Positions 47,560 to 59,022 of a stretch of DNA of 63,124 nucleotides are shown here, piece by piece. Below the pieces are notes generated by a model, which saw nothing but the letters and a program-made list of their open reading frames with translations, did no database searches and was not told where the DNA came from. The position numbers and the translations under genes are program-made. The DNA is from Acidimicrobiales bacterium (lineage in GTDB: Bacteria > Actinomycetota > Acidimicrobiia > Acidimicrobiales > CADCSY01): positions 1 through 63,124 of the forward strand of contig JBBSKG010000001.1 of assembly GCA_038256565.1 (NCBI GenBank), written 5' to 3'. Each line of letters starts with the position of its first letter. The stretch's first letter is position 1.

Positions 47560-49008
47560 CTAGTAGCGGTACTGCTCGGCCTTAAATGGGCCTTCTAGCG
47601 GGATGTCTAGATAGTTGGCTTGATCTTCGGTTAGCTGAGAAAGGCGAACGCCCAGGTGACCAAGGTGAAGTCGGGCAACTTGTTCGTCAAGACGCTTGGG
47701 CAACACGTAGACCTTGTTCTCATAGGCCTTTGCATTTGTGAACAGCTCAATTTGTGCAAGCACCTGGTTGGTGAAGCTGCATGACATTACAAAGCTGGGG
47801 TGCCCAGTTGCACAACCGAGGTTAAGAAGCCGGCCTTCCGCAAGCACGATCACGGTATGGCCATCGGCGAAACGCCACTCATCTACTTGAGGCTTGATAA
47901 CGGTGCGAGTCACGCCTGGCATGCGAGCGAGACCAGCCATATCTATCTCATTGTCGAAGTGACCGATGTTGCCAACAATGGCTTGATGCTTCATACGCGC
48001 CATATCAGCAGCGGTGATGATGTCACGGTTGCCAGTTGCGGTAATGAAGATGTCGGCAGTCTCGACAATGTCATCGAGGGTAAGAACCTGGTAACCCTCC
48101 ATGGCAGCTTGGAGCGCACAGATAGGGTCGACTTCAGTGACGATCACCCGAGCACCTTGGCCACGCAATGACTGGGCACAGCCCTTGCCTACATCGCCGA
48201 AACCACAAATAACTGCAACCTTGCCCGCAACCATCACGTCAGTGGCGCGGAAGATGCCATCAATCAGTGAATGGCGGCATCCATAGAGGTTGTCGAACTT
48301 CGACTTCGTCACAGAGTCATTCACGTTTATAGCTGGGAAGAGCAACGTGCCAGCTTGCTCACGCTGATAAAGGCGATGCACACCAGTAGTTGTTTCTTCG
48401 GACACACCCTGAATATCAGCGCCGATCTTTCCCCACAAAGTCTTATTCTCATTGAAAGTCTTATTCAGAAGCTGACGGATAACACCCTCTTCTTCAGATG
48501 ACCCTTCCGTTGCGTCGGGAGCCGCACCTTCACGCTCGCATTCCGAACCCCAGTGCACAACCAGCGTGGCGTCGCCACCGTCGTCGAGCAAGAGGTTCGG
48601 TCCCTCACCGTCAGGCCAGCGCAATACTTGTTCAGTACACCACCAATACTCTTCGAGCGTTTCGCCCTTCCAGGCATAGACAGGCACGCCTGACGGTGCT
48701 TCTTGCGTGCCATTGGGGCCCACCACAATGGCGGCCGCAGCATGGTCTTGGGTAGAGAAAATGTTACAAGATGCCCAGCGCAACTCTGCCCCCAGGGCAA
48801 CCAAGGTTTCGATGAGAACCGCTGTTTGCACCGTCATGTGCAGTGAGCCAGTAATACGGGCACCAGCTAGCGGCTGAGACCCCTCATACTGACGGCGAAG
48901 CGCCATTAGGCCAGGCATCTCATGTTCAGCTAAGGAGATTTCCTTGCGGCCAAAGGGTGCTAGTGAAAGATCAGCGACTTTAAAGTCACCTGAAGCCAGG
49001 GTTGTCAT
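47560..49008 (-). CDS. ahcY: adenosylhomocysteinase
   Basis: [24 protein letters not shown]...GFGDVGKG...GHFDNEID...YRY terminus. Confidence 0.92.
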   Translation of the reverse strand: MTTLASGDFKVADLSLAPFGRKEISLAEHEMPGLMALRRQYEGSQPLAGARITGSLHMTVQTAVLIETLVALGAELRWASCNIFSTQDHAAAAIVVGPNGTQEAPSGVPVYAWKGETLEEYWWCTEQVLRWPDGEGPNLLLDDGGDATLVVHWGSECEREGAAPDATEGSSEEEGVIRQLLNKTFNENKTLWGKIGADIQGVSEETTTGVHRLYQREQAGTLLFPAINVNDSVTKSKFDNLYGCRHSLIDGIFRATDVMVAGKVAVICGFGDVGKGCAQSLRGQGARVIVTEVDPICALQAAMEGYQVLTLDDIVETADIFITATGNRDIITAADMARMKHQAIVGNIGHFDNEIDMAGLARMPGVTRTVIKPQVDEWRFADGHTVIVLAEGRLLNLGCATGHPSFVMSCSFTNQVLAQIELFTNAKAYENKVYVLPKRLDEQVARLHLGHLGVRLSQLTEDQANYLDIPLEGPFKAEQYRY

Positions 49009-49053
49009 TTTGAAATTGCTCCGCTCAAGTGGGGTAACTAGACGGCGTTGATG

Positions 49054-50073
49054 TTACCGGGCAACTGCGGTTTTGACGTGATTGAGTACAGGCACTGGCC
49101 CCGGGTCAAGGCCTTCTTGTGCTGCCAGTTCGAGCGAAACGAAGTCACCAATCAGCACAAGATCAAGTAGTTGCGCCAAGGGCCCAGAGCCTTCTGCTCG
49201 TACCTCGACGATGCTCGAAACTACCTCGTCGAGCACCTCGTCAACCACGGTAGATCGCCGAGTGATCTGTGGGTGCTCGAAGTCGTGATGAAGTTCAACA
49301 AGGGTGAGGATTTGACGAGTCAGGTCACCATGTTGGCCCCAGCCTGCAAGCTCGTTGTGGCATAGCTCGGGGTAGGTGTTCCAAAAGGATGGAGACTTAG
49401 CGTTCTCGTTAATCTGGTTTTTCCAGCGGGCAGCTGCTGCTGCGCCCAAAGGCCCGCCTCCGTAAATCAAGGGGATAGTTCGACCGATACGCCGCGCCAA
49501 ACTCTTGGCCAAACTATCTGACGAATCAAATGAATCACGCCTACGACGTAGTTGATCGACGGCATCGCTCACCCATTGGCGTGCACCGGGCAGCAAGCCC
49601 ATGTCTTCGAGCACCACTAACGGTGGAATGGATACCGCTCCAATACCCGCTCTCGGCTGGGGAATCGTTGTTGGCACTTCAACAAGAGGAGCATTCCATT
49701 TCTGGGCTAGTTCACCTAAACGACCCCCTTGGGTCACCGCCACAATTGACGCTCCAGCCTGTGCTGCAGCCGTCGCCGCCTCAATGGTCTCTTCGGTGTT
49801 GCCAGAAAAAGACACAGCAAACACCAAGGTTGAGGAACCCACCGATGCTGGCACGGCATAGCCCTTGACGACCGTAACCGGAACACTCAATACCGGAGCA
49901 GCAACCGACTGCAAAATGTCGCCCGCTACCCCACTGCCACCCATGCCAAGCAACACCACCGACGTAATGGAGTCACTTGAAGGAAGACCTTTAAGACCAT
50001 CAGTAGCTAGGGCTGCCGCCGCGACTTGTTCTGGTAGCCCATGAGCCGCAGCAAACATACCCTCACTATCCAC
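49054..50073 (-). CDS. SIS-domain bifunctional phosphoglucose/phosphomannose isomerase
   Basis: SIS motifs (LLGMGGSG, VSFSGNTEET). Conserved position between manB/trm112 and ahcY. Confidence 0.75.
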   Translation of the reverse strand: MDSEGMFAAAHGLPEQVAAAALATDGLKGLPSSDSITSVVLLGMGGSGVAGDILQSVAAPVLSVPVTVVKGYAVPASVGSSTLVFAVSFSGNTEETIEAATAAAQAGASIVAVTQGGRLGELAQKWNAPLVEVPTTIPQPRAGIGAVSIPPLVVLEDMGLLPGARQWVSDAVDQLRRRRDSFDSSDSLAKSLARRIGRTIPLIYGGGPLGAAAAARWKNQINENAKSPSFWNTYPELCHNELAGWGQHGDLTRQILTLVELHHDFEHPQITRRSTVVDEVLDEVVSSIVEVRAEGSGPLAQLLDLVLIGDFVSLELAAQEGLDPGPVPVLNHVKTAVAR

Positions 50074-50080
50074 GTCGGCC

Positions 50081-50317
50081 CTACGCTTCGAACGTGGGCA
50101 CTATGCCCTCGGATTCAACCCGGGCCATGATGCGGGCGTGTTCGACCTCATCGACACTTACAGCTTCGTCGATCAGCATGACGGGGATGTCATCACGCAC
50201 TTCGTAGCGCCGCTTAAGTCGGGGGTTATAAAGGGTTGCTTCACTCTCTAGGTAATAGAGAGGCCCTTTGTCTTCAGGACAAGCCAAAATTTCCAAAAGT
50301 GCCGGGTCAAGAGCCAC
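50081..50317 (-). CDS. Trm112 family protein
   Basis: LLEILACPEDKGPL...IPVMLIDEA. Confidence 0.75.
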   Translation of the reverse strand: MALDPALLEILACPEDKGPLYYLESEATLYNPRLKRRYEVRDDIPVMLIDEAVSVDEVEHARIMARVESEGIVPTFEA

Positions 50318-50320
50318 GGG

Positions 50321-51700
50321 TCATCCCTTCTCAATAAGTGTTCGAATTGCCGCTACCCGATCGTCAAGCTCTTCGGGGCTAGAAGCTTCAAGGTTTAAAC
50401 GCAATAACGGCTCGGTGTTAGAAGCCCGAAGGTTGCACCACCATGAGCCAGCATCGACAGTTAAGCCGTCAAGACGATCTTGAGTGAACTCTGCATAAGA
50501 AGACGCCACGTTTTCTATTACTACTGCAGGGTCTTTGACCTTAGTGTTGATTTCGCCAGAAGCAACGTAGCGATCAAGTGGTGCCAGCAAGACCGAAAGA
50601 GGTTTTGCCTCAACCGAAAGTTGTTCAAGCACGATAAGTGCAGCAATCAGGCCAGAGTCGGCTCGATAATTGTCACGGAAGTAGTAATGGCCAGAGTGTT
50701 CGCCGCCGAAAATGGCACCGGTCTCTGCCATCATCTGCTTGATGAAACTGTGACCGACCCGAGTGCGCACGGCCTTTCCGCCGCCTTCACGAATCACCTC
50801 AGGAACCGCCTTGGAACAGATCAGATTATACAAGACGGTCGCACCAGGATGCTTAGCCAAAAGACCTTTAGCAACAAGTGCCGTCGTCAAAGACCCAGAA
50901 ACTGCATTCGCCTTCTCGTCAATTAAAAAAACGCGATCTGCATCACCGTCGAAGGCAAGCCCAATATCGGCACCGACTTCTAAAACCCTTTTCTGCAGAT
51001 CAACCAGATTTTCAGGCTGAATGGGGTCAGCCGGGTGATTAGGAAAGGTTCCATCAAGCTCGGCATAGAGATATTCAACATCAAAGCCCAGCGAGCCAAA
51101 CACGGCAGGTGCCACCAAGCCGCCCATGCCGTTGGCAGTATCGGCCACAATCTTTAAAGGTGCCAACAAAGAGGTGTCGACAAACGAACGAACGTGATCG
51201 GCAAAAGCGGAAAGTAGATCGACACTGCTCCTCGAACCCTGGGTTGGCGCTGGGTCAAGGCCACTAGCTGCCCACTGTTTGATTGCGCCCAAGCCAGTCT
51301 CCTCGCCCACCGGAGCCGCCCCCGCTAAGCACATCTTTATTCCGTTATAACCAGCAGGGTTATGAGACGCCGTGAAAATTGCGCCTGGTGCATTGAGGTG
51401 CCCAGATGCGAAATACATAAGGTCGGTAGAAGCCAACCCGAGTTCAATGACATCCACACCTTGACTAAGAACACCCTCGGCAAAGGCTGCGCTGAGCTCT
51501 ACTCCTGAGGGTCGCATGTCTCGGGCGAGGACCACTTGTAACAGGTCGCCGCTCACTTGACTACCAGTGCCTGATGCGTCAGATTCCAGGACGAATCGAG
51601 CAAATCCCGCACCTATGCGGCGGCAGAGTTCGGCATCGAGCTGATCGGGCACCGTGCCGCGAATGTCATAAGCCTTGAAAACCGCATCTATGGAAGCCAT
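50321..51700 (-). CDS. manB: phosphomannomutase/phosphoglucomutase
   Basis: FKAYDIRG, active-site TASHNPAGYNG, metal loop FDGDADR, GGEHSGHYYF. Confidence 0.88.
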   Translation of the reverse strand: MASIDAVFKAYDIRGTVPDQLDAELCRRIGAGFARFVLESDASGTGSQVSGDLLQVVLARDMRPSGVELSAAFAEGVLSQGVDVIELGLASTDLMYFASGHLNAPGAIFTASHNPAGYNGIKMCLAGAAPVGEETGLGAIKQWAASGLDPAPTQGSRSSVDLLSAFADHVRSFVDTSLLAPLKIVADTANGMGGLVAPAVFGSLGFDVEYLYAELDGTFPNHPADPIQPENLVDLQKRVLEVGADIGLAFDGDADRVFLIDEKANAVSGSLTTALVAKGLLAKHPGATVLYNLICSKAVPEVIREGGGKAVRTRVGHSFIKQMMAETGAIFGGEHSGHYYFRDNYRADSGLIAALIVLEQLSVEAKPLSVLLAPLDRYVASGEINTKVKDPAVVIENVASSYAEFTQDRLDGLTVDAGSWWCNLRASNTEPLLRLNLEASSPEELDDRVAAIRTLIEKG

Positions 51701-51785
51701 TAGCGAGCCAGCCTAGAGGATCAGCAAAGGTTCACCTTACGCATCCGCCGATAGGGATGCGCGCTTTGACGAATGCGGCGATGTA

Positions 51786-52544
51786 ATGATGGAATTGATG
51801 GCCACAACATCAGCGGTATCAATCTCTGTCGTCATGCCTGCTCACAATGAAGAGCACTACCTAGAAGAGGCTGTTCGTGAAGTAGCCACCGAACTTAATG
51901 ATCGGCGAACAAGTAATGCCTTCGCTGCTGTCGAATTGATTGTGATCGAAAATGGTTCGAGCGACCGCACAACTGAGATTGGCGAACGACTCGCCAACGA
52001 ACTTGACATGGTTTCGTTTATCTCGCTCGACCAAGCCAACTACGGAGCCGCACTACGTGCGGGTTTTCTAAAAGCAACCGGCGACATCGTGGTCAACTTC
52101 GATGTTGATTATTACGACCTTGGCTTTCTAGACATTGCTACTGCGCTCATTGCTGACCCAAATGGAGGTGCCGACCTGGTTGTGGGTTCCAAGCGCGGTG
52201 AAGGCGCTGAAGACACACGAGCTTGGCATCGCAGGTTAGTAACCGCAACATTTTCTACAATTCTGCGCTTGGGTTTTGGTCTGCATGTTTCTGATACGCA
52301 CGGCATGAAAGCAATGCGTCGAGCGACTTTGTTACCCCTTGTACATGAGTGCAAAGAGGGCACGGACTTGTTTGACTCTGAGTTGGTGATTCGAGCCGAA
52401 CGAGGTGGTCGCCAAGTGATTGAGACGCCAGTTCGTGTGGAAGAAAAACGGCCCTCACGCTCGCCAATTGCTAAACGTGTGGCACGTACTCTCGTGGGTC
52501 TAGCTCGGCTCCGCCTCAGTATCGGTCGCCCCGCCCGCCCATGA
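51786..52544 (+). CDS. family 2 glycosyltransferase (polyprenol-phosphate sugar transferase-like)
   Basis: SVVMPAHNEE...ENGSSD...FDVD (DxD) motifs. Confidence 0.8.
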   Translation: MMELMATTSAVSISVVMPAHNEEHYLEEAVREVATELNDRRTSNAFAAVELIVIENGSSDRTTEIGERLANELDMVSFISLDQANYGAALRAGFLKATGDIVVNFDVDYYDLGFLDIATALIADPNGGADLVVGSKRGEGAEDTRAWHRRLVTATFSTILRLGFGLHVSDTHGMKAMRRATLLPLVHECKEGTDLFDSELVIRAERGGRQVIETPVRVEEKRPSRSPIAKRVARTLVGLARLRLSIGRPARP

Positions 52545-55088
52545 CAACGTAAGAGCCTCGTCCGGCTTATCCGCCTCGTCCGGCTCGTTCCCGTCATCAC
52601 TTGGGTGTTTCTCGTTGAAATCTCTGTCATCAATTGCTGCGAGCGTTAGCGGTCGACGGCGAAGGGCCACAAGGCCGACGAGTCCGGCCAGAGTCAAAAC
52701 CCAGCCGAACCAATCGACCCCAGTATTGCCGTACGACAACTCAACGTGTTTCGAGGTTGGAACCACAACCATGAGACTTGGTGTCACTCGCCATGGGCCG
52801 TTTGCCCCAGATGCCTTCCAGTTGGGGAAATATGAAGCCTTCACGATCACGGGCGTTCCGGGGCGATCAACATCAAACGAAATACGATCAGTGTCAGCTT
52901 CGATATTTGTGACCTTGGCCGTGCGTACCTTATTTATCTCTGGGGTCTCTGGAGGTACCGCTGGCTTTCCTTTTACTGCTGGACTTCCTGATTCTGCTGG
53001 CTTTCCAGGCTTCCCGGGGTTAACTCTTTGCCAACTCTCAGGACCGTCACCTGCTAATGGCACTTGCCACGATTGAGGAGTTACATACCAAGTAACCGAT
53101 TGATAGAGCCAATCGTCGCCAGCGGCATCAATATCGTCAATGACAGCTGGCTCAACGCCTATGCCTTCAACCAGATCGGCATTCTCAACCTCATAAACAT
53201 GCCAATTGCCCGTAGTGGCCACGGGGGTCAATTCAGCGTTTTGATCAGCGGCTGCAACGGCTGAGGGAGAAAACGCCATGTAGTACTTCACGCCCAACAT
53301 CTGTAAATGATCTACCCCTTTGTCGACATCAAAAGTGCCGTAAGGAAGCTTGCGTTGTGGGTTTGAAGGTGCCTTCGACAACTCCGCCGCGTTTAGAAAA
53401 TGATAGGGAGTGGTTGAGGCTGACTCGAAATAGAGACCCTCCATAGAACCAATGCAGCCATCAGTCCAATAGGGAAGCAACATCAGCGCCATTGGGGTTC
53501 CGAAACGGTTTTGTTCAGACTCGTACTCCCACATGGCTCGACCGCAGCCCTCGTTCTCCCCTATCCATTTCATCGTGCCAATGACATCTCGATACTCCGG
53601 AAACGCCTCTTTACGTTCGTAACCCGAGTAGTTCCATTTGGCCCAGCCCCTCACGAAGTTCTGATCTTTACTCTCAATACCCATCCAGGAATAAGCCCCG
53701 GTTTTGGAAACTTTTCCAAATGGAAGCACGCGTAATGGAAAAGAAATGACCATCAGAGCAAGCACCAACGCCAAGACCGGACCAGCTAACAGCGCTGAAC
53801 GCTTGGGCTTGTTCGGGCCATCGGAAAGAAGAATCGCTACCGATTGGATTGCCTCTGAAACCGCAAGCGCTGCAAGTAAATAAAGGTTCAAATACCAAAA
53901 TGGCAACAACCTGGGGTTCCAGAGCCGTGCTTCTGGAAGAAGGACGTAAGCCAGCGCAAAGGCTATTGCGCTAATAGTTAGAAATATCCCAACACGATGG
54001 TAATAGAAAATAGAAATGCCAGCACCAACCAGAGCCAGCACGAACACGATCGTGACGTCACCCACAATGTCAGCATCGTGTCTACCCCCATTCCATACGG
54101 TCAACGTAGAACCAATACGTCCCGGCAGCAGACGTTCAATGTAATGGGTCATCTTTTCGTAGGCCATGCTGGTCATGTAGCCACTCCGAGCCAAGAACGG
54201 TACGGCCCAAAACCCCGTTAAAGCACTCCCAACAACCCCCATCGTCGCAATGAACCAAAATGACCTTCGTGCTCCATAGACAAGCAAAACTATAAACGTC
54301 GCAACGAGCGCGAAGACGGCTGGAATGACGTGACAAAGCACCACGAGTGCAAAAAGCCCGGCCGCCAAAGCACGATGTCTGCCAGTGTGTACCCCGCGAA
54401 TCAAAACGCCTAAATAGACCAAGGCGAAAGCCAACGAGATGGTGAAAGAAAACTCGCCCGCCATGGTAGAAGCGATGTTGCCGCCGTAGATCGTGAAGGA
54501 CTTATCAAACAGAAAAAACGTGACGGCAATCGACATCAATGCCGGACCAGGAAATGGGAGGCGAACCAAGCGGCCAAACACATAGGCAGCCAGGGGTAAT
54601 GCCACGATTCCCGACATGGTGATCAACTTGAAGGCAACGCCGTATGGAAGCAGGACATCGAGCGCAACGATGGCAAGAGCCGGAAGCACCATATAGAACT
54701 GATAAAGAGGGAAGCCCGCGTACCAATCAGGTGCCCAACCGCTCAGGCGACCCTGAGTTAATAGGTGGTCACGAAGAAATGCTGGGCCCCAAACATGAGC
54801 GCCCATGTCGCCACCGGTTGGCGTTGTATTTGCCACCACAAGTTCTGGGTGCAAGGTGAGCACGATGAACAACATCACCCCCACCACCACGAGAGCATTG
54901 ATCAGCGCCTCTGCACTTGAGAACGTTGACAACAGAGGCGAAAACATCCAAGACAACAAGCCTTTGTCTTGCAATCGTGATCGCTGTTCTTTCAATCGTG
55001 ATCGCTTTACCAGCTCTAGAGGCTGGGGCTCTTCTTCGTTCGATGTTTGAGGGTCACCCAATGATGGAGGTGGAGTAGAAGATTCCAT
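52500..55088 (-). CDS. large polytopic membrane protein with C-terminal extracytoplasmic domain (GT-C/glycosyltransferase-like, function unknown)
   Basis: 862 aa. At least 12 TM helices in the N-terminal 450 aa, then a soluble domain and a final TM helix. Adjacent to the GT2 gene. No specific family recognised by eye. Confidence 0.55.
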   Translation of the reverse strand: MESSTPPPSLGDPQTSNEEEPQPLELVKRSRLKEQRSRLQDKGLLSWMFSPLLSTFSSAEALINALVVVGVMLFIVLTLHPELVVANTTPTGGDMGAHVWGPAFLRDHLLTQGRLSGWAPDWYAGFPLYQFYMVLPALAIVALDVLLPYGVAFKLITMSGIVALPLAAYVFGRLVRLPFPGPALMSIAVTFFLFDKSFTIYGGNIASTMAGEFSFTISLAFALVYLGVLIRGVHTGRHRALAAGLFALVVLCHVIPAVFALVATFIVLLVYGARRSFWFIATMGVVGSALTGFWAVPFLARSGYMTSMAYEKMTHYIERLLPGRIGSTLTVWNGGRHDADIVGDVTIVFVLALVGAGISIFYYHRVGIFLTISAIAFALAYVLLPEARLWNPRLLPFWYLNLYLLAALAVSEAIQSVAILLSDGPNKPKRSALLAGPVLALVLALMVISFPLRVLPFGKVSKTGAYSWMGIESKDQNFVRGWAKWNYSGYERKEAFPEYRDVIGTMKWIGENEGCGRAMWEYESEQNRFGTPMALMLLPYWTDGCIGSMEGLYFESASTTPYHFLNAAELSKAPSNPQRKLPYGTFDVDKGVDHLQMLGVKYYMAFSPSAVAAADQNAELTPVATTGNWHVYEVENADLVEGIGVEPAVIDDIDAAGDDWLYQSVTWYVTPQSWQVPLAGDGPESWQRVNPGKPGKPAESGSPAVKGKPAVPPETPEINKVRTAKVTNIEADTDRISFDVDRPGTPVIVKASYFPNWKASGANGPWRVTPSLMVVVPTSKHVELSYGNTGVDWFGWVLTLAGLVGLVALRRRPLTLAAIDDRDFNEKHPSDDGNEPDEADKPDEALTLSWAGGATDTEAEPS

Positions 55089-55148
55089 GACGTTGCTTAT
55101 GTTTGCACGATCTTGGGCTTGCTTCTCGCCACGCTGCTAAGAACGGCT

Positions 55149-55415
55149 TCAGATCGAAGTTTTGGCACGACGTGACGGGTGCTCAACAATGTGTTTCACG
55201 GGACGATTTTTAAGATGCTTTGACGGAGGATGGTTATCTGTCATTGCCCTCAATACCCGACCAAAGGGCAACATCTCATTGCCCTCTTGCCACCAACGGG
55301 TATCGCACGCAGAGCAAGAGCGCATCACCACCTTTGCATCACCCAACGTCAGCGGGATCACCACCAACGCGTGTGCACATTTTGGACAAATACCTTCGAG
55401 TTCAACGGAAGCCAC
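55149..55415 (-). CDS. hypothetical zinc-ribbon protein
   Basis: CPKC...CSAC pair in an 88-aa ORF. Confidence 0.4.
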   Translation of the reverse strand: MASVELEGICPKCAHALVVIPLTLGDAKVVMRSCSACDTRWWQEGNEMLPFGRVLRAMTDNHPPSKHLKNRPVKHIVEHPSRRAKTSI

Positions 55416-55524
55416 GACCTATCCCTTCGGCGTCCCCACCCTGTTCTTGAGGTTCTAGGACTAAAAGGATCAACGGACAGGCGCACCTTGTGTGCCAAAG
55501 AATTCAATTAAAAAAATTTCATAG

Positions 55525-56271
55525 CTACAAAAGAATGGAAACGGCAGTCAGATTGAATGCAACGTGCATCCAAATAGCTGGACCTAAGCGACCAAATCGC
55601 ACGGTCAGCAAAGAAGCCAGAAGACCCACAGCCGCAAGGGCAGGGAAGTCATAAGGTTGAAAATGAATCGCACCAAACAGAACTGCTGAAAGCCCAACTG
55701 CCCACCCTGTGCCCCATTTGCGCTCAAGCGACTTGAGCCACAAGCCCCTATAGAACAACTCTTCGAGCACTGGAGCCGCCAGGACAACAACAATCAACAA
55801 CAACACAACCCCAACCGGATCGGTGGCTTGCTCGGTGAGGTCTTTAGCAGTCTGCCCAACCTTGTCAGCATCAACGTCTAGCGCTTTATAAAACCACTGA
55901 AGAACCGATCCAATAAAGAGTTGCGCACCAAGGCCGGTAGCTAATCCGATAGGGATATCTATCCACTGCATAGAAAGGCCAAAGTCACTTATGAGGCTAG
56001 ACCGACCCTTTTTATAGGTGGCCCAAAGCGGCGCACCCAACAGGCCAACCCAAAGCGGTATCTGCAAGAGTGCAACGGCCCAAAGCGCTAGTTGTCTGCC
56101 TTCCTCGACCCCCACTGCACCAAGCGCTATTGCACCAACTATCGCTGGCACAACGATCGTGAGAGCCAGCCCTAGCAGGGCATCACCTAAACCCCAGCCA
56201 ACGGGTGTGAGTTCGCCTGTAGAACTGCCTTCGTGATCGTCTCCTGCAGAAGGCTCAGACAGCGACGTCAT
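55525..56271 (-). CDS. CPBP (CAAX) family intramembrane metalloprotease
   Basis: EELFYRG and FGAIH motifs. Start trimmed to MTSLSEPS at 56271. Confidence 0.75.
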   Translation of the reverse strand: MTSLSEPSAGDDHEGSSTGELTPVGWGLGDALLGLALTIVVPAIVGAIALGAVGVEEGRQLALWAVALLQIPLWVGLLGAPLWATYKKGRSSLISDFGLSMQWIDIPIGLATGLGAQLFIGSVLQWFYKALDVDADKVGQTAKDLTEQATDPVGVVLLLIVVVLAAPVLEELFYRGLWLKSLERKWGTGWAVGLSAVLFGAIHFQPYDFPALAAVGLLASLLTVRFGRLGPAIWMHVAFNLTAVSILL

Positions 56272-56494
56272 CACCCATGTTTGTAAACGGCAAATGCAGG
56301 AGCGTCCGTCGATCAGTGAGTACCCACCCTTGCGGAACGGTGAGTTTGTCAGCGTGACGAGAGCACAAGTCGTAGCTCTCTGGGTAGGACTCAGGAATGA
56401 GGTCGTCGACCCAAACAGTGCGGACTGAATATCCATATGTCATGGTTGCTGCTGCTACTACGTCACACGTTGGTCGAGCACAAATACGTGGCAT
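56255..56494 (-). CDS. DUF3499 family protein
   Basis: RICARPTC...A.ATMTY.Y....VW..DL......SYDLC..HA..L..P.GW matches the actinobacterial DUF3499 pattern. Confidence 0.7.
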   Translation of the reverse strand: MPRICARPTCDVVAAATMTYGYSVRTVWVDDLIPESYPESYDLCSRHADKLTVPQGWVLTDRRTLLHLPFTNMGDDVAV

Positions 56495-56527
56495 GCACTA
56501 GAGCGTAGCGAAGCCGTTCTGACATAG

Positions 56528-58450
56528 GTGGCACCCACGAGTGATCTTTCCAGCCCTAGCATGGTGCTCATGCGTTCGCCTCAAACACCTCTGCCCCCTC
56601 CTGTAGAGAAGGAAACAGGGGGTAAATCTTCTTCCAACTCAGGTCAGCCTGATACATCTTGGACGCGCCGGGCCTTGTTAATTGGTCTAGGAGTGGTCCT
56701 TGTAACAATCCTCGTATCAGAACTTTTTTCAACCTCGACTGGCAAAGCAATCACTTACTCACAGTTCTTGAGCCAGGTCCGTTCCGGCCAGATTTCACAA
56801 GCAACGATCAACAATCAAAATTCAACCATTTCTGGAAAAACTAAAAGCGGTTCGGAATTTCGAACGACTGGACCTGTTGAACTCTCACCGGTAGATCGAC
56901 AACTGCTTGAAGAAAACAACGTAAAACTTGAGTTCAAGACTCCACAACCCAACCTATTCGCCAACATCTTTCCGCTGCTCTTGCCTGTTCTTTTGCTAAT
57001 CGGTTTCTTTGTATGGATGCAACGCCGTAGTCAAGGTCAAGTTGGAAGTGTCATGCAGATTGGCCGCTCAAAAGCCAAGGCATATTCAACAGAAAAACCT
57101 GGTACCACCTTTAGTGATGTTGCTGGATACCAAGGGGTAAAACAAGAGATCAACGAGGTCGTTGAGTTTCTTAAAACTCCAGCTCGTTATGCAGCGATTG
57201 GTGCCCGCATTCCCAAAGGCATCTTATTGGTAGGCCCTCCAGGAACGGGCAAAACTCTGCTAGCCCGAGCTGTCGCTGGCGAAGCGGGTGTGCCATTTCT
57301 CTCGGTCACCGGTTCAGACTTCATGGAAATGTTCGTAGGCGTTGGTGCAAGCAGAGTGCGTGATCTCTTTCAAACAGCCCGCAAGTCGGGGCGATCGATC
57401 ATCTTTATTGATGAAATTGATTCGATTGGCCGCAAACGTGGAGCCGGCCTCGGCGGTGGACACGACGAGCGTGAACAAACGCTAAACCAGCTGCTCTCTG
57501 AGATGGACGGCTTTGAGGCCACCGAAGGAATCGTGGTCATGGCGGCAACCAACCGGCCAGACATTCTCGACCCAGCCCTTTTGCGCCCTGGGCGCTTTGA
57601 CCGCCAAGTCATAGTGCCGCTTCCTGAAATTGAGGAACGCCTCTTGATTCTTGGGGTCCACTCCAAGCACAAACGCATGGGCGAAGATGTCGATCTCCGA
57701 ACCGTTGCAAAAGGAACGCCGGGGATGAGTGGGGCTGATTTGTCCAACCTGGTAAATGAAGCTGCTCTATTTGCGGTGCGTCGCAATTCTGAACAAATTG
57801 AAATGGTTGATTTCGAATCGGCCCGTGATCGAATTCTCATGGGAATGCGCCGTGATTCAATGGCGCTATCTGAGGCGGAAAAAGAAACCGTCGCCTATCA
57901 CGAAGGTGGCCATGCCGTTTGTGCTGCCGTACTCCCCCATGCTGACCCATTGCATAAGGTCACAATTCTGCCAACCGGAGCGGCGCTGGGAGTAACCCAA
58001 CAGCTTCCCGAAGAACGACATCTCTACCCCCAGCACTACATAGAAGATTCGTTGGTTGTGCGCCTGGGTGGGCGAATTGCTGAGGGATTGGTCTATAACG
58101 TGTTTTCTACTGGGGCCAATAACGACCTAGTAGGCGCAACCGAACTTGCCCGCAAGATGGTGCGTGAATGGGGCATGAGCGAACGCATTGGGCCGATGGC
58201 GTGGGGCTCACACAATCAGGTCTTTCTCGGCGAAGACATCATGTCGAGTCGTGAGTACAGCGACGTTACTGCCCACGTAATCGATGAAGAGGTCGAGCGA
58301 ATCTTGCGTAACCAAGAAGATCGCTGTCGCTCACTGCTCAAAGAACACCGAGCAGCACTCGACCTAGTGGCTCAAGCATTGCTCGAACACGAAACCATCG
58401 ACGGTGCAGAAGTACACCGACTCATCAAACAATCGAATGGCACGGCCTAG
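56528..58450 (+). CDS. ftsH: ATP-dependent zinc metalloprotease FtsH
   Basis: [33 protein letters not shown] region [19 protein letters not shown], zinc motif HEGGH. Confidence 0.92.
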   Translation: MAPTSDLSSPSMVLMRSPQTPLPPPVEKETGGKSSSNSGQPDTSWTRRALLIGLGVVLVTILVSELFSTSTGKAITYSQFLSQVRSGQISQATINNQNSTISGKTKSGSEFRTTGPVELSPVDRQLLEENNVKLEFKTPQPNLFANIFPLLLPVLLLIGFFVWMQRRSQGQVGSVMQIGRSKAKAYSTEKPGTTFSDVAGYQGVKQEINEVVEFLKTPARYAAIGARIPKGILLVGPPGTGKTLLARAVAGEAGVPFLSVTGSDFMEMFVGVGASRVRDLFQTARKSGRSIIFIDEIDSIGRKRGAGLGGGHDEREQTLNQLLSEMDGFEATEGIVVMAATNRPDILDPALLRPGRFDRQVIVPLPEIEERLLILGVHSKHKRMGEDVDLRTVAKGTPGMSGADLSNLVNEAALFAVRRNSEQIEMVDFESARDRILMGMRRDSMALSEAEKETVAYHEGGHAVCAAVLPHADPLHKVTILPTGAALGVTQQLPEERHLYPQHYIEDSLVVRLGGRIAEGLVYNVFSTGANNDLVGATELARKMVREWGMSERIGPMAWGSHNQVFLGEDIMSSREYSDVTAHVIDEEVERILRNQEDRCRSLLKEHRAALDLVAQALLEHETIDGAEVHRLIKQSNGTA

Positions 58451-58737
58451 TCAGCACCCAATTTCAGCAGCCCATAGTCTGAGTAAATCAACCAACGTTT
58501 TTCCCATTTCTCGGGGAAATTTGCACCTGTACGTCCCATATGATCACTTTTCGTGAATATTTACCCTCAAGTGAGAGGTAGGTCATGTCGCAACCAAACG
58601 CATGCTCAAACTAAAACTGCTGGGTTCGCTCGCAGGTATTGCTACTGGGGTTGTTTGCGCGGTGCTGGCGGTGTCTTTAGTTGCTCAGGTTTTGGTGCCA
58701 TCATCAACTGATTCAAGGGCTGGCAAGGTTGTGGGTA

Positions 58738-59022
58738 TCAGCTCCGAGGAACTGTGCGTCCATAGCGTTGGCGTGCGGCTTCTCCTGAAGTTCCAACCAT
58801 GGCACCAATAGCAGCCCATGAATGTCCTTCAGCTCGTGCTACCGAGACCGCATCAGATAGAAAACGCTCGCTATTGGCTCGCGTCTGGAATGCATGTCGA
58901 ACAGCTCGCAAAGCGCTGGCATCGCTGACATCGCTGGGGTCGGGATCATGCGTCTCGAAATGTGCAGCAAGTTCGTCGGCCTGGGTAAGGATTTCAGCAA
59001 TTGTGCGCGGCATGGACATCAC
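58738..59022 (-). CDS. small HTH-like protein, partner of the upstream degraded toxin-like gene (putative TA component)
   Basis: 94 aa. The C-terminal SWAAIGAMVGTSGEAARQRYG is HTH-like. Its start overlaps the stop of the upstream ORF (GTGA). Confidence 0.45.
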   Translation of the reverse strand: MMSMPRTIAEILTQADELAAHFETHDPDPSDVSDASALRAVRHAFQTRANSERFLSDAVSVARAEGHSWAAIGAMVGTSGEAARQRYGRTVPRS

